Shown here: piece by piece, positions 37,698 to 49,506 of the stretch | How the letters are laid out: every line of letters starts with the position of its first letter | Numbering within the stretch: position 1 is the first letter of the stretch | From: Octopus sinensis | Taxonomy: Eukaryota | Assembly: GCF_006345805.1 (NCBI RefSeq) | Contig: NC_042997.1 | Location: 211,358,001-211,422,000, forward strand | Direction of reading: 5' to 3' | DNA length: 64,000 bases | Translations under genes and position numbers: made by a program | Notes under the pieces: generated by a model | The model's input: the letters and a program-made list of their open reading frames with translations, nothing else | Database searches by the model: none | Told to the model about the DNA's origin: nothing

Positions 37698-37979
37698 GGT
37701 CAAAGGAAATCCGGTTTGGGTCAAGGGAAATCCGGTTCTGATCAAAGGAAATCCAGTTCTAATCAAAAGAAATCCAGTTCTGGTCAAAGGAAATCTGGTT
37801 CTAATCAAAGGAAATCCAGTTCTGATCAAAGGAAATCCATTTCTGGTCAAAGGAAATCCGGTTCTAATCAAAGGAAATCCAGTCCTGATCAAAGGAAATC
37901 CAGTTCTGATCAAAGGAAATCTGGTTCTGATCAAAGGAAATCTGGTTCTGATCAAAGGAAATCCAGTTCTGGTCAAAGG
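37698..37979. repeat. 21-bp minisatellite, about 13 units
   Basis: Unit gatcaaaggaaatcc(a/g)gttct. Confidence 0.95.
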
Positions 37980-38490
37980 TAATAATAGAGAGGAAGTACT
38001 AAACTACCTCTCCATAGAAAACAGGTTCAAATCCTAGTAAACACAACCTACAGTAAATTTAGTTTCTCTTTGACAAATTTTTCTTATCATGAACTAAAGA
38101 CATGCGATGGTATATATCAGTGGTTGTGGACCCCAGGTGGTCTGTAAAGGTAGTACTGGGGGTGGTCTGTGAACATAAAAAGAACCATCCGTAAGTGGCC
38201 GATGCCAGTCCCCCTGCCCTGATTGACTCCTGTGCTAGTGGCATATAAAAAGTACCATCCGAATGTGGCCAATGCCAGCACCGCCTGACTGGCCCTCATG
38301 CTGGTGGCATGTAAAAAGCACCCACTACACTCTCAGAGTGGTGGGTGTAAGGAAGGGCTTCCAGCAGTAGAAACATTGCCAGATCAGATTGGAGCCTGGT
38401 GCAGCCTTCTGGCTTGCCAGCCTTCAGTAAAACTGCTCAATCCATGCCAGCATGGAAAGCAGACGTTAAGCGACGATGATGATGACTTAC

Positions 38491-38645
38491 TGTATTTAAA
38501 ATGTCTGTTATTTGATTGTTTTCCTTGGAAGGAACATTATTTCCTGTTTCAATGGATTCTTCGTTGTCATTGAAAGTTTTTGCAGGAACAAATGTATTTC
38601 CTCTGTTTGAGATATCAATTGTTGAATATGGATTTTCCAGGTTGT
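38491..38645 (-). CDS. ANKRD26: ANKRD26-like exon G (155 nt, phase 1 to 0)
   Basis: ttttgcag|AC AAC...ACA|gtaagt. Encodes NLENPYSTIDISNRGNTFVPAKTFNDNEESIETGNNVPSKENNQITDILNT; phases fit F and H. Confidence 0.8.
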
Positions 38646-38699
38646 CTGCAAAATAAAAGAGAAAAGCTTTAGATTCTATAAACTGCAGAACCAGCTGTG

Positions 38700-40700
38700 G
38701 GTTCTACATAGTGTGCCGGGTGCTTCGTACGGGTCACTGGCACGGGTGCCTTTTATGTGGCACCAGCAGGGTTGCCAGGTCACTTGCAAGGTAAAGGCCT
38801 CTTGGTTGAGAGAGGTAGGAGAATCAAGAGGAGGGGCCGTGTGCCAAACAAGACATCAGAGTATGAGAGAAGGAGAGAGAGTCATGTTGCTATGGAGGGT
38901 TACTCAGCCACCCCAGCAGGACAAGGAAGAAGGGGGTGGCGGAGACAGCCAGAGTGAGTGAGAGAGAGAAATACAGAGCTGGTGTGGGGGATGTACAGGA
39001 AGTCTACCGACAGGGGACAGTGCTGGGGATGGAGAGGGGATGTGCCATGAGAGTGTGAAGGGGATGTTTGGGGATGGGGAAGGCATGACTGTAGCAAGTG
39101 ATGGAGTGATGGGGGAAATTGGAGAGAATTGGAGGGGTGGGGGAGATATGTAAAGACATAAGAGAGTGGAGGGGCCTGCGGTGGTTGAGGCGCATGAGGG
39201 AGAGTGGAAGAGTTTGTTGAGAGTGTTGACAGGGGTCAGATGTGTCTGTGTGAGAGAGAGCAGAAGGGGATAGCCAAAAAGGACATGCATGTATGTGCTG
39301 AAGGCCAGGACCTCACTCAGCTTGATGTGTCTTCTCAAGCACAAACGAACCACCACAAGCTTTGCTCTCTTGTCATCTCCTCTGTGAGGCTCAACAACTG
39401 CAGATCACATTTCACCACTTCACCCCATGTCTTCCTGGGTCTACCACTTCCACACATTCCAACCACAAATAGAACAAAGTCATCAGCATAGAGGAGCTCC
39501 CAAGGGCAACCAGTCTTAAATTTCTCCATTATGGCCAGGAGGATTATGATGGACAAACGGGAGCGGAGAACTGATCTTTGGTGCACTCCTGTGCACTAAA
39601 TTCATTGCTGTACTTGTTGCTGACCTTCACTTTATTAAATACTAGCAGTATCGCCCGGCGTTGCTCGGGTTTGTAAGGGAAATAACTATATAAGCATTTT
39701 TAGAGAGTTACTTCCCTTATATAAACCGAGCAAAACTCATTAGAAATGCGGAAAAATGATGGTAAATTTTTTTTTAAATCGTAGACTCATCGTAGACGCG
39801 CGCTAATACCCAGAAGGGCTCGATATGAATCACGACTATAAGATACCCGAATTTGGTTAAACTGCACCGCAAAATGTGGGAGTAGTTAGGAATGTAAATC
39901 GGAGTAGACAGACTCTCACACACACAACTTTAGTTTTATATATAAAGATAACAAAATGGTTGAAGCGTAAGTCCTTACGCAATGCATAGGCCCCATGGTG
40001 GGCAAGAGGTAGATTAATAAGGCCAGTGGTAGGGGTGGAGTACTGGATATAAGTAAGTCCAATATGGCTCCCTGTTCTATGAAGGGTTTGGTACAATGAC
40101 TAAGCAAGAGAATGAGTGTCAGTCCCCACCCCAGGTGCCATTTTAATGTTCCTTTCCCATACCTGAAGATGTGGGCAGGTCTTTTGTAGCTTTCTGTCAC
40201 CAATTCATCACAGTCCTTTATCTGTAAGGCTCTTCATCCATGTCTTTTGGGGGGGTCTCCCTCTTGCACAAGTTCCATTTGCGCTGAGTACCCAGCACTT
40301 CTCTTTATACAACTAATACCTGCCACAGCCCACCCCATGCCTCGACCAACACAAATCTTTTCTCTTACACGCTACGTCTCTTCTTACATTTTTCTCCCTC
40401 ATTCAGGCACACCGACATTACACATCTAATGCAGCATGCTTACTTTTCTTTCAACACGTCACATATTCTACATTCAGGGCCCACATCCCTTACGATGTAG
40501 TATTGTTGTTTGTACTTGAGTATCATATAATTTGCCTTTTACCGAGAGGGAGACAGACAGAGACCTTTCGTTACTAAGAGAGGTAGTAGCTCTTGGAACT
40601 TATTCCTGCCTATTCTTAATATAGCAACTACACTTTCAGAACATTCCCCTCTGCTGCTAAGATGTTCACCCACATAACAGAGGTTATCAACCACTTTTAT
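38700..40700 (-). mobile_element. Degraded RTE LINE with pyrimidine-rich 3'UTR, interrupted by the Helentron-like element
   Basis: HQRSVL...KFKTGCPWELLYADDF and GRPRKTWGEVVK; further ORF2 fragments at 39960-40700. Confidence 0.75.
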
Positions 40701-40866
40701 TTCTTTATTGCCCACAGGGATCTAAACATAGAGGGTGCAAACAAGGACAAAGGGGTTAAGTCAATTATATCGACCCCAGTGCGTAACTGATACTTATTTA
40801 ATCGACCCCGAAAGGATGAAAAGCAAAGTCGACCTTGGTGGAATTTGAACTCAGAGTGTAAAGACT

Positions 40867-40917
<51 letters not shown>

Positions 40918-43151
40918 ATGACCGACCAGACCATCAGATGTTGTTACACATCGCTGGTCACAATGCGTTTGCATTGTTTTAGCCTTCGAATGACGCCACC
41001 CCGCTGGCTAAGCGAGCAGGCCAACAGAAGAAAGTGTAGGAGAAAGTGTGGTGAAAGAGTACAGCAGGGATCACCACCCCCTGCCGGAGCCTTGTGGAGC
41101 TTTTTAGGTGTTATCGCTCAATAAAAACTCACAACGCCCGGTCTGGGAATCGAAACCGCGATCCTACGACCGCGAGTCCGCTGCCCTAACCACTGGGCCA
41201 TTGCGCCTCCACACACACACACATATATATATATATATAGTCAGAACTCAGACTGTAAAGACAGACGAAATACCACTAAGCAGTTTGCCCGATGTGCTAA
41301 CGATTCTGCCCCCTCCCCCACCTCACCAGGCAGCTGTCAATAGATTTAAGCAAATCTATTTCCCATCAGCTCTTGCAGCTTATTTCCTCTTTATATCTGC
41401 CACATGTAAAGTCTCTTTTCTCTTTAACCTACATGGGATCCCATGACACTACATGCACTCACAGCTTATACTGGCCACACCTTATGGAATTCTTACCTGC
41501 TCCTTTTCTGTATATCAACCATGGTTACTTCTTTAATGGTAGTAGGGCCCCCGCTTTTTTGTTCTATCCACTGTAATGCTGTCAGCATAAATGGTTGGTC
41601 CCTCTATTCGGTCTGTTTAGGGTAGGCCCTCTCAATCCCATGCATTCTCTTTATTCAAAAAAACTCCCATAACAGCACTTCCATACCCCTTTCTTTTCAT
41701 CATCAGTAAGAGCAAATGCCTAACTATTATTCATAATACACTTCACCCCAAAGATGTCAGGATTTTCTTCAACCTACTCTGCCTTGTCATTGGAAACATT
41801 TACATCCCTGATTCTCACATCACAGAAAAGGAAAACCCTCTTCTCTAGTTAACTATACCTGATACATTATTTACATTTGACGGATATTTGTCCTCATCTT
41901 GTTTGTTGTTAACCCAACGTTTTGGCTGATATAACCTCCAGCCTTCATCAGGTGCCTTGGGGAAATTTCGAACCTGGGTTCTCATTCCTAAGGCAGCAAC
42001 ATTATCATTATTATCTCTCTCTATATAAACGGCAGTTTGTCTGTGCGTCTGTTTGCTTGTACCCTCACTCTGACCACGGCTTTCAACCGATTCTGATGAA
42101 ACTTGATACACACATAGCCCAATGTCATAATTCAAAACTAACGCAGCGAAAATTTTGAAAAGTTCCCCCAGTTCAGAAAAAGATCAATAAATTCGACATG
42201 GGGTCGACAATCAGAAACACAAACCACAGATGGTGTAGGGGACGCAACTCGGCCTTTTTAACTATCAAAAAAAATTTACCATCATTTTTTCCCCATTTTT
42301 TTTGCTATTTTTTGGCTATAACTCTCTAAAAGTGCTTTATAGTTATTTCCCTTACAAACCCGAGCAACGCCGGGCGATACTGCTAGTTATTATTATTATT
42401 CAGTTCACTGCCTAGGATCAAACTCGGATCTTGGGGTTAGTAGCCCGTGCTCTTAACCACTATGCCATATGCTTGTGGGCAATTATGGAGTGATGTTTAG
42501 CTTCTCTTCCAGCTGTCTCTTAACCCTTTCTTCTAATCTTTCCAAACCTACCTGATAGCTTTTATGGCTCTTTCAAGTCACCTTTCACCTGACAGACTTT
42601 GCACCAGCCACATATGTGGTCTAATCAAATAAATATTTCAACCCTTTGGCATTTAAACCAGCCATATCTGTTCTACCTTGTTTCATAATCAAAATGATCA
42701 GAGTTGGCCTCTCATACCTATCCTACAATGTCATTCTAAAAATAAACAAATACAAGATAATGGATGATTAGTTCAAAACAATGTGGATAAATAAGTTTTT
42801 GGCATTTGGCAGAAGAATGGAGATGCCAAAGGGTTGACTCATTCCAGTCTGGAAACAGGAATGAGAAATGGAAAGGATTCCAAGAAAGATTTTCACATCA
42901 TAGACTTGTTTCCTTCTCTCAAGTAAAATGCTTATTCCTTAAGAAAATCACAATTATCAAGTTTTCTTGTATTTTGAAGATATTCAGAGTTTACTCTAAA
43001 GACAGTTTCCAGGCTTATTCTGCGAAAGAGAGAGAAAATAAGATTTCCTGGAATCTTTATTATGCTTTCTTCCCTCAAATGAGATAAACTGAAGTAGTGT
43101 TAAAACATGTTTTCTTGGCTGAAATTCAGCAGAGAATACACTGCTACTTAC

Positions 43152-43212
43152 CAAAATCTTCACTGTCTGATGATTTTGGAACCAACTTGGCCAGATTTAC
43201 ACGCATTTGCCC
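43152..43212 (-). CDS. ANKRD26: ANKRD26-like exon F (61 nt, phase 0 to 1)
   Basis: cttttag|GGG CAA...TTT G|gtaagt. Encodes GQMRVNLAKLVPKSSDSEDF; NLAKLV resembles ANKRD26 SLAKLM. Only this frame is open. Confidence 0.82.
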
Positions 43213-44400
43213 CTAAAAGACAAGAAAGGCACAGATTAAATAACAATACTTTTCAGTCTTTCCATTAAATTAAAGAGCAAATAAGTTAGAGATGTGGTTT
43301 CCGACCATTTTTTTTTTGTCTGTGAATCCCTCCAATTCCTGTTTTATTTAAGTGGAACCCCACAGCCATTCAATGTTTAAGAAAAAAAATTCCAATATAT
43401 TTTTCAAATTAAATATTAGGAATTGCATAAGAAAATTAAGATTTTTGGTGTATTGAAGAATTATAAACAATACATTGCACAAAAAGTTTAGCAAACAAAA
43501 AATCTTATGTGGATCCTCAAGGGTCAAACAGAACCCAAATGAGAAGCAAGGAGTTAGAGGTTGATCATCATTTAACATCTGCCTTCCATGCTGGCATGGG
43601 TGGAATGGTTTGACAGGAGCCGGCCAGGCAGAAGCCTGCACCAGACTTCTGTGACTGTTTTGGCTGGAGTTTTATAGCTGGATGCCCTTCCAAATGCCAA
43701 CCACTCAGCAGAATGGACTTAGTGCTTTTTACGTGGCAAAAGCACAGGCGAGGTCAGTTTTGGCAAGGTTTTTACAGCTGGACGCCCTTCTGAACACCAA
43801 CCACTTTACAGTGTGGACTGGGTGCTTTTTAAGTGGCACCTACACTGACAGGGTCACCAAGTAACCTGCAAGACAAAAAAATAAAATTTTGAGAGGAGGA
43901 AGGGGGGCATTGGAGGAGGGGATTTTATGTCAGATGATGAAAAGTTATAGTGAGACAGAGAGTTCGTTTTAAATGTTCAAATGTGAAGACAAACAGTAAT
44001 ATAATTACAAAGGTCTTAAAAAAAAACAAAAGTCAAATAAGTATTTAAAACAAAGGGATAAAACTGCAAGAGAGAAAAAGATTTGCAAAGATGAAATCAT
44101 GGAGAAATATTGTATATTAAAAATATGTCTCCCACAAATACAGACTGTTTAGATGAGCAAGTTTGAAAGGAAGTCAACCATAACATTCAGGTTGGTTTTC
44201 TCTGTTGCTGCATATGTCACAGTGCAGGCATATGACCTAGAGCAGTGATTCTCAAACTGTGGTCCATAGTCCCCTAGCGCAGTGCCTCTCAAACTATCTG
44301 ATGTGGCGTAGTGGCAGTTTCTTTTCTTTTTTTTTTCCCCAATGTGCCAGGCACCAGTAATATTTCTTAGTAATATTAATTTATAACAGAAACAATATAT

Positions 44401-44683
44401 ATAATGTAAAGTATAGAAGCCATCTTATCATGGCTAACCACATTGGGGAGGGGGTGTTACTGTAGCTTTATAGCCCCAAGAGATCTTCGTCTCTAGCTGG
44501 CTTTAGACACAATATCAGTGTCCTTGGAGTATTTTCCCCCTCCCTTTGCAAATACTCCAAAGACACAGATATTGTGTTTAGAGCCAGCTAGAGACGAAGA
44601 TCGCTTGGGGCTATAAAGCTACAGTAACACCCCCTCCCCAATGTGGTTAGCCATGATAAGATGGCTTCTATACTTTACATTAT
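44401..44683. repeat. 283-bp near-perfect palindrome (134-bp arms, 15-nt loop), fold-back MITE-like
   Basis: ataatgtaaagtatagaagcc...ggagtattt [tccccctccctttgc] aaatactcc...ggcttctatactttacattat; only a few mismatches. Confidence 0.95.
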
Positions 44684-45321
44684 CGAGCGATTACTGTTTC
44701 AATCTCATCCTGAGATTTAATTAATATATATAATGAATATAATCAAAGTTGACAATTTTTTTTTTATCTTGTATTTATTTTGTAAACAAATAATACAATA
44801 CAGTTCTATATTCAAGAGATGAGGAATTATGTACTTTATTTGCATTATTTACATTTGACGGATATTTGTTCCTCATCTAGTTTGTTGTTAACATGTTTCG
44901 GCTGATATACGCTCCACCCTTCTTCAGATGTCTTGGGGAAATTTCAAACCTGGCTTCTCATTCCTAAGGTATTTTTCCAATATTATTATTATTATCATTA
45001 TTATTATTCAGGTCACTGCCTGGAATCTTGGGGTTAGTAGCCTGTGCTCTTAACCACTACGCCAAGACACCTGATGAAGGCTTGGAGGGTATATCAGCCG
45101 AAACATGTTACAACAAACAAGATGAGGACAAATATCCGTCAAATGTAAATAATGTACATAATTCCTCATCTCTTAAATACAGAACTGTATCATTTAATCG
45201 GTATGGAGCCGACATTAGACTTCAATGGAGACATATAAGAGAAACTCCATCAAAAACAGGCTCATCTTTCAAACCATCTAACTTTCCTGTGTAGATGTAG
45301 GCAGGTTCGAAATTTCGCCAA

Positions 45322-45367
45322 GACACCTGATGAAGGCTGGAGGGTATATCAGCCGAAATGTTGTGTT
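45322..45367 (+). ncRNA. Minimal type I hammerhead ribozyme motif (best-preserved copy)
   Basis: Stem I GACAC/GTGTT, core CTGATGA and GAAA, stem II GGCTG/CAGCC, 2-bp stem III. This copy has T for C at the CpG. Confidence 0.65.
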
Positions 45368-46129
45368 AACAACAAACAAGGGGAGGACAAATATCCGTCA
45401 ATTGTAAACAATGGAAATAACACAAAGCTGGTAAGTTGCTTCCTGCAGTCCATAAAGTGAAACTACTGAAATTAGGCTGTTGCTTCTTTCTTTTCTGGAA
45501 ACTTGCCATGTACTGGCAGCTGATGGCTTGCAGATCAGTGATGGCCTGTGGACCACTACTTTGAGTAGCGCTGTGGAGGCGCAATGGCCCAGTGGTTAGG
45601 GCAGCGGACTCGCAGTCATAGGATCGCGGTTTCGATTCCCAGACCAGGCGTTGTGAGTGTTTATTGAGCGAAAACACCTAAAGCTCCACGAGGCTCCGGC
45701 AGGGGATGGTGGTGATCCCTGCTGTACTCTTTCACCACAACTTTCTCTCACTCTTACTTCCTGTTTCTGTTGTACCTGTATTTCAAAGGGCCGGCCTTGT
45801 CACTCTCTGTGTCACGCTGAATATCCCCGAGAACTACGTTAAGGGTACACGTGTCTGTGGAGTGCTCAGCCACTTGCACGTTAATTTCATGAGCAGGCTG
45901 TTCTGTTGATCGGATCAACCGGAACCCTCGTCGTCGTAACTGACGGAGTGCTTCCACTTTGAGTAGCACTGCCCTATGGGACCGTGAAGTGATTTTAGGG
46001 GGTACACAAAAGGACACTGGAGTATCATGAAAACAGGGTAGCTCGAGACAGTTAAGTTTTAAAATTTCAAGACTTTCAATTTTTCGCATGCTACCAAAGT
46101 CTTAATAAGTAGGAAAGCAGGCAAACCAC

Positions 46130-46510
46130 AAATCCCTTCAGGTAGATGGCCCTGCTCGATCTGTAGTAGAGGTGTAGGTAGAAACTCTATAAGATGTGCC
46201 AGTGTAAGCTATGGACCCATAAGAGGTGCAGCAATGTCAAAGGAAGGCTAACTGGGAAGATAGTTTTTGTATGTGGCAGATGCTCAGGAGTAATAAACAA
46301 TGAAAATGAACAGGAAACAGCTTCTGTCACATTCCAGGGAGAAAAACTAGAAGTAGTTGATAGCTTCTGTTACCTAGGCGACGAAGTTAGTAGCAGGGTC
46401 GGATGCTCTGAGAGTGTAGCTGCTAGAAAAAGAATAGCCTGGGCAAAGTCCAGAGAGCTCCTACCTCTGCTGGTGACAAAGGGCCTCTTGCTCAGAGTAA
46501 AAAGCCATGT
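46130..46510 (+). mobile_element. RTE LINE ORF2 fragment with a Cys/His finger
   Basis: WPCSICSRGVGRNSIRC(fs)QCKLWTHKRCS...FVCGRC...LEVVDSFCYLGD...AWAKSRELLPLL. Confidence 0.85.
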
Positions 46511-47519
46511 GCTATTGGTATCTCATTTCTCATTTGTTTTGTAACTAATTCATCAACTGATTCCGCATATTTTCATGTGCTTTTATTGTATCCTAATAAG
46601 GCATTGCCTGGATTAAGATGTGGTTTTTCGGGGTTGCAGGTCTATGGGCAGGGTGTTTAATAGTCTGAAAATTATGGTGCATGAATGTATGTAATTGTTT
46701 TCCGTGTTGATTATCCTGCATTTTGTTGGCATGCTGGACGAAATGCTTGGCGGTATTTTGCCCATCGCTGCGTTCAAGTTCCACTGAGGTCGACTTTGCT
46801 TTTCATCCTTTTGGGGTGATAAACTAAATACCAGTAAAATTCTGGGGTTGTTGTAATCGACTCGTCCCTACCCTAAAAAACTTCAGGCCTTGTGCCTACA
46901 ATAGAAAGGATTATCCTGCATTTTATAGGGGACTACAAATCATAGGAAGAAACTGTAAGGGGACTGGCACGTAAAAGGTTTTGAAAAGCTTGAGAACCAC
47001 TGACCTAGGGTGTGGCACTCAAGATTGTATGATTGTGGTTTCAATTCCTGGACAGGGCAGTGTATTGTGTTCTTAAAACACTTCATTTCATGTACCCCCA
47101 ATCCACCCAGGTGTAAATGAGTAACAACCCTGCAACAGATTGGTTCCCCATTCAAGGGGAATGTTGTGGGTCTCAGTTGTGTGTATGCTGCATATGTCAC
47201 ATGACAAAAACCTTTAATGAAGCAAAAAGACATCATCATCATCATCATCATCATCATTGTCCATGCTGACATGGGTTGGACAGTTTGACCAGGGCTGGCA
47301 TGCTGGAAGGCTGCACCAGACTCCAGTCTGATTCAGCATCGTTTTCTACAGCCGGATGCCTATGCTGGTGCTAGTTTTTGTTGTTTATAGCTCCAAGAAG
47401 ACATCTCTTGATGATAATTCTCGCTGGCTCAGGGACCATTTTGGGAATAGAAAGGAAATGGTGTGCAAGTTTGAAACACCTCAGTTTCCACTCAACAGAA
47501 CTTTGAAAGTGGAACTTAC

Positions 47520-47641
47520 TTTGTTGTTCTTGTCGTCAGTTGTAAGACTGATGTCCGTATCATCTCCCCAACAGTCAGAACCGGTGTCCTTTGTTTGACT
47601 GTAATGGCTTGAAAGAGTTCCCGTTTCCTCAGCAGAATCAT
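47520..47641 (-). CDS. ANKRD26: ANKRD26-like exon E (122 nt, phase 1 to 0)
   Basis: tttccag|AT GAT...AAA|gtaagt. Encodes DSAEETGTLSSHYSQTKDTGSDCWGDDTDISLTTDDKNNK, similar to the human ANKRD26 DSWPTSDDEDLNFDTK segment (recalled). Confidence 0.85.
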
Positions 47642-48031
47642 CTGGAAAGATGAAAAGATCCAAAATTAAACACTTTACTACAGTTCTATATTTAAGAGAC
47701 GACGAATTATTTACATTATTTACATTTGACAGATATTTACATTTGTCCTCATCTTGTTTGTTGCTAACACAACATTTCAGCTGATATACCCTCCAGCCTT
47801 CATCAGGTGTCTTGGGAAAATTTTGAACCTGGGTTCTGAGTTTGATTCCAAACAGTGACCTGAACAACAACAACAACATCGAAAAATACCTTAGGAATGA
47901 GAACCCAGATTCGAAATTTCCCCAAAACACCTGAAGGGTATATTAGCTGAAATTTGTTAACAACAAACAAGATGAGGACAAATATCCATCAATTGTAAAT
48001 AACAAACACTTCACTACCAGAAAAAAAGGGG

Positions 48032-48075
<44 letters not shown>

Positions 48076-49272
48076 TATAGACAAAGCAAGGAGTAATAAA
48101 AGAGTCGTTTTCTGAGAGAATAGGAAAGACAGACATCATCAGTGTCATCGTCATCATCGTTTAACACCCGTTTCCCCTGCTAGCTTGAGTTGGACGGTTT
48201 AACAGAGCTGGCAAGCCTGGAGAGCCACACCAGGTTCTAAAGTCTATTTTGGCATGGTTTCCACATCTGGAGAGCCTTCTTAATGCCAACCACTTTACAG
48301 ACTGTGCAGGCTGCTCTTTTACGTGGCACCGGCACAGCTGCTTTTTACATGGAACCCCTGTGTCAATCTGTATGTCTGAGCTGAAGTTCTATTTTCTGGA
48401 CAACTAGCAGTAAAACACAACTATGTCTATCTTTTATCTTATTCCAAGGTAATATCTCTATTAATTGAAACACCTGAGTCTGTCAGGACACCCACCCCTG
48501 ACCCTCTATACTGCTAATCTCTCAACTGGCACAAAGCCAACCCTACACCATCATTATTACTCTCACCTCCCGGCTGAGGGGACTTTGTCTTGCAAGTTAT
48601 TTGGTGACCCTGTTGGTGCTGGTGCCATGTAAAAGACACTGGTGAAGGAGGGGGGGGGGTATGGGATGTATAATTAGAAATGAAACTTCTTTCCAAAACC
48701 CAGTAAGATGATGATAACTGAAAAAGTAATGAAATTCCTCCTGACACCATGCCAGGCTCATAAGGGCCACTTTCCCGGGTTCCATGGCATATATATTCCC
48801 CCACCTGGACAGGACGTCGGTCTGCTGCAGAGTTACTCATTTTCGCCAGCTGAGAGCAGACTGGAGCAATGTGAAATGAAGTGTCTTGCTCAAGGGCACA
48901 ATGCATTGCCCAGTTCAGGGACTGAAACTACAATCTTACGATCATCAGTCCAACACCCTAACCTATTTCTTTATTACCCACAAGGGGCTAAACATAGAGG
49001 GAACAAACATGGACAGACATAGGTATAAAGTCGATTATATCGACCCCAGTACATAACTGGTACTTAATTTATCGACCCTGAAAGGATGAAAGGCAAAGTC
49101 GACCTTGGCGGAATTTGAACTCACAACGTAACGGCAGCCAAAATACCGCAAAGCATTTCGCCCAACGTGCTAATGATTCTGCCAGCTCACCGCCTTTTAT
49201 TCAGTCCAACACCCTAACCACTAAGCAACGCACTCCCACAATTAAAATAGCTGTGAATCAAATGTTACTCAC

Positions 49273-49506
49273 CCATATTTTCTGACTGTTTTGGGATGGG
49301 AACAGGTTGATGGGCAGGACTCATGCTGACTCGTCTTTTTGCTAATCCATGGCTCGACTGTTTCAGCCTGCTACTAGCGGCAGGACTCTCATCCAAATCA
49401 ATGGAGTCTTCTGAAAACTGTAACTTCTGTGATTTCTGATAACTTTCAAGCAACTGAACACAAGCATTGTAGCCTTTTATAAGTGCATGATCACTGGCTG
49501 TCCAAC
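49273..49506 (-). CDS. ANKRD26: ANKRD26-like exon D, last ankyrin repeat and linker (234 nt, phase 1 to 1)
   Basis: ttttag|GT TGG ACA...ATG G|gtgagt. Encodes WTASDHALIKGYNACVQLLESYQKSQKLQFSEDSIDLDESPAASS...QSENM. Confidence 0.88.

Noticed and set aside
37668-38037. Three 100+ aa heptad-repeat ORFs
   Set aside because: An artefact of a 21-bp unit (a multiple of 3). The frame in phase with exon G contains TAG stops.
45575-45650. tRNA-Arg gene
   Set aside because: It is the head of a 380-bp SINE with a TSD; no proper acceptor stem or terminator.
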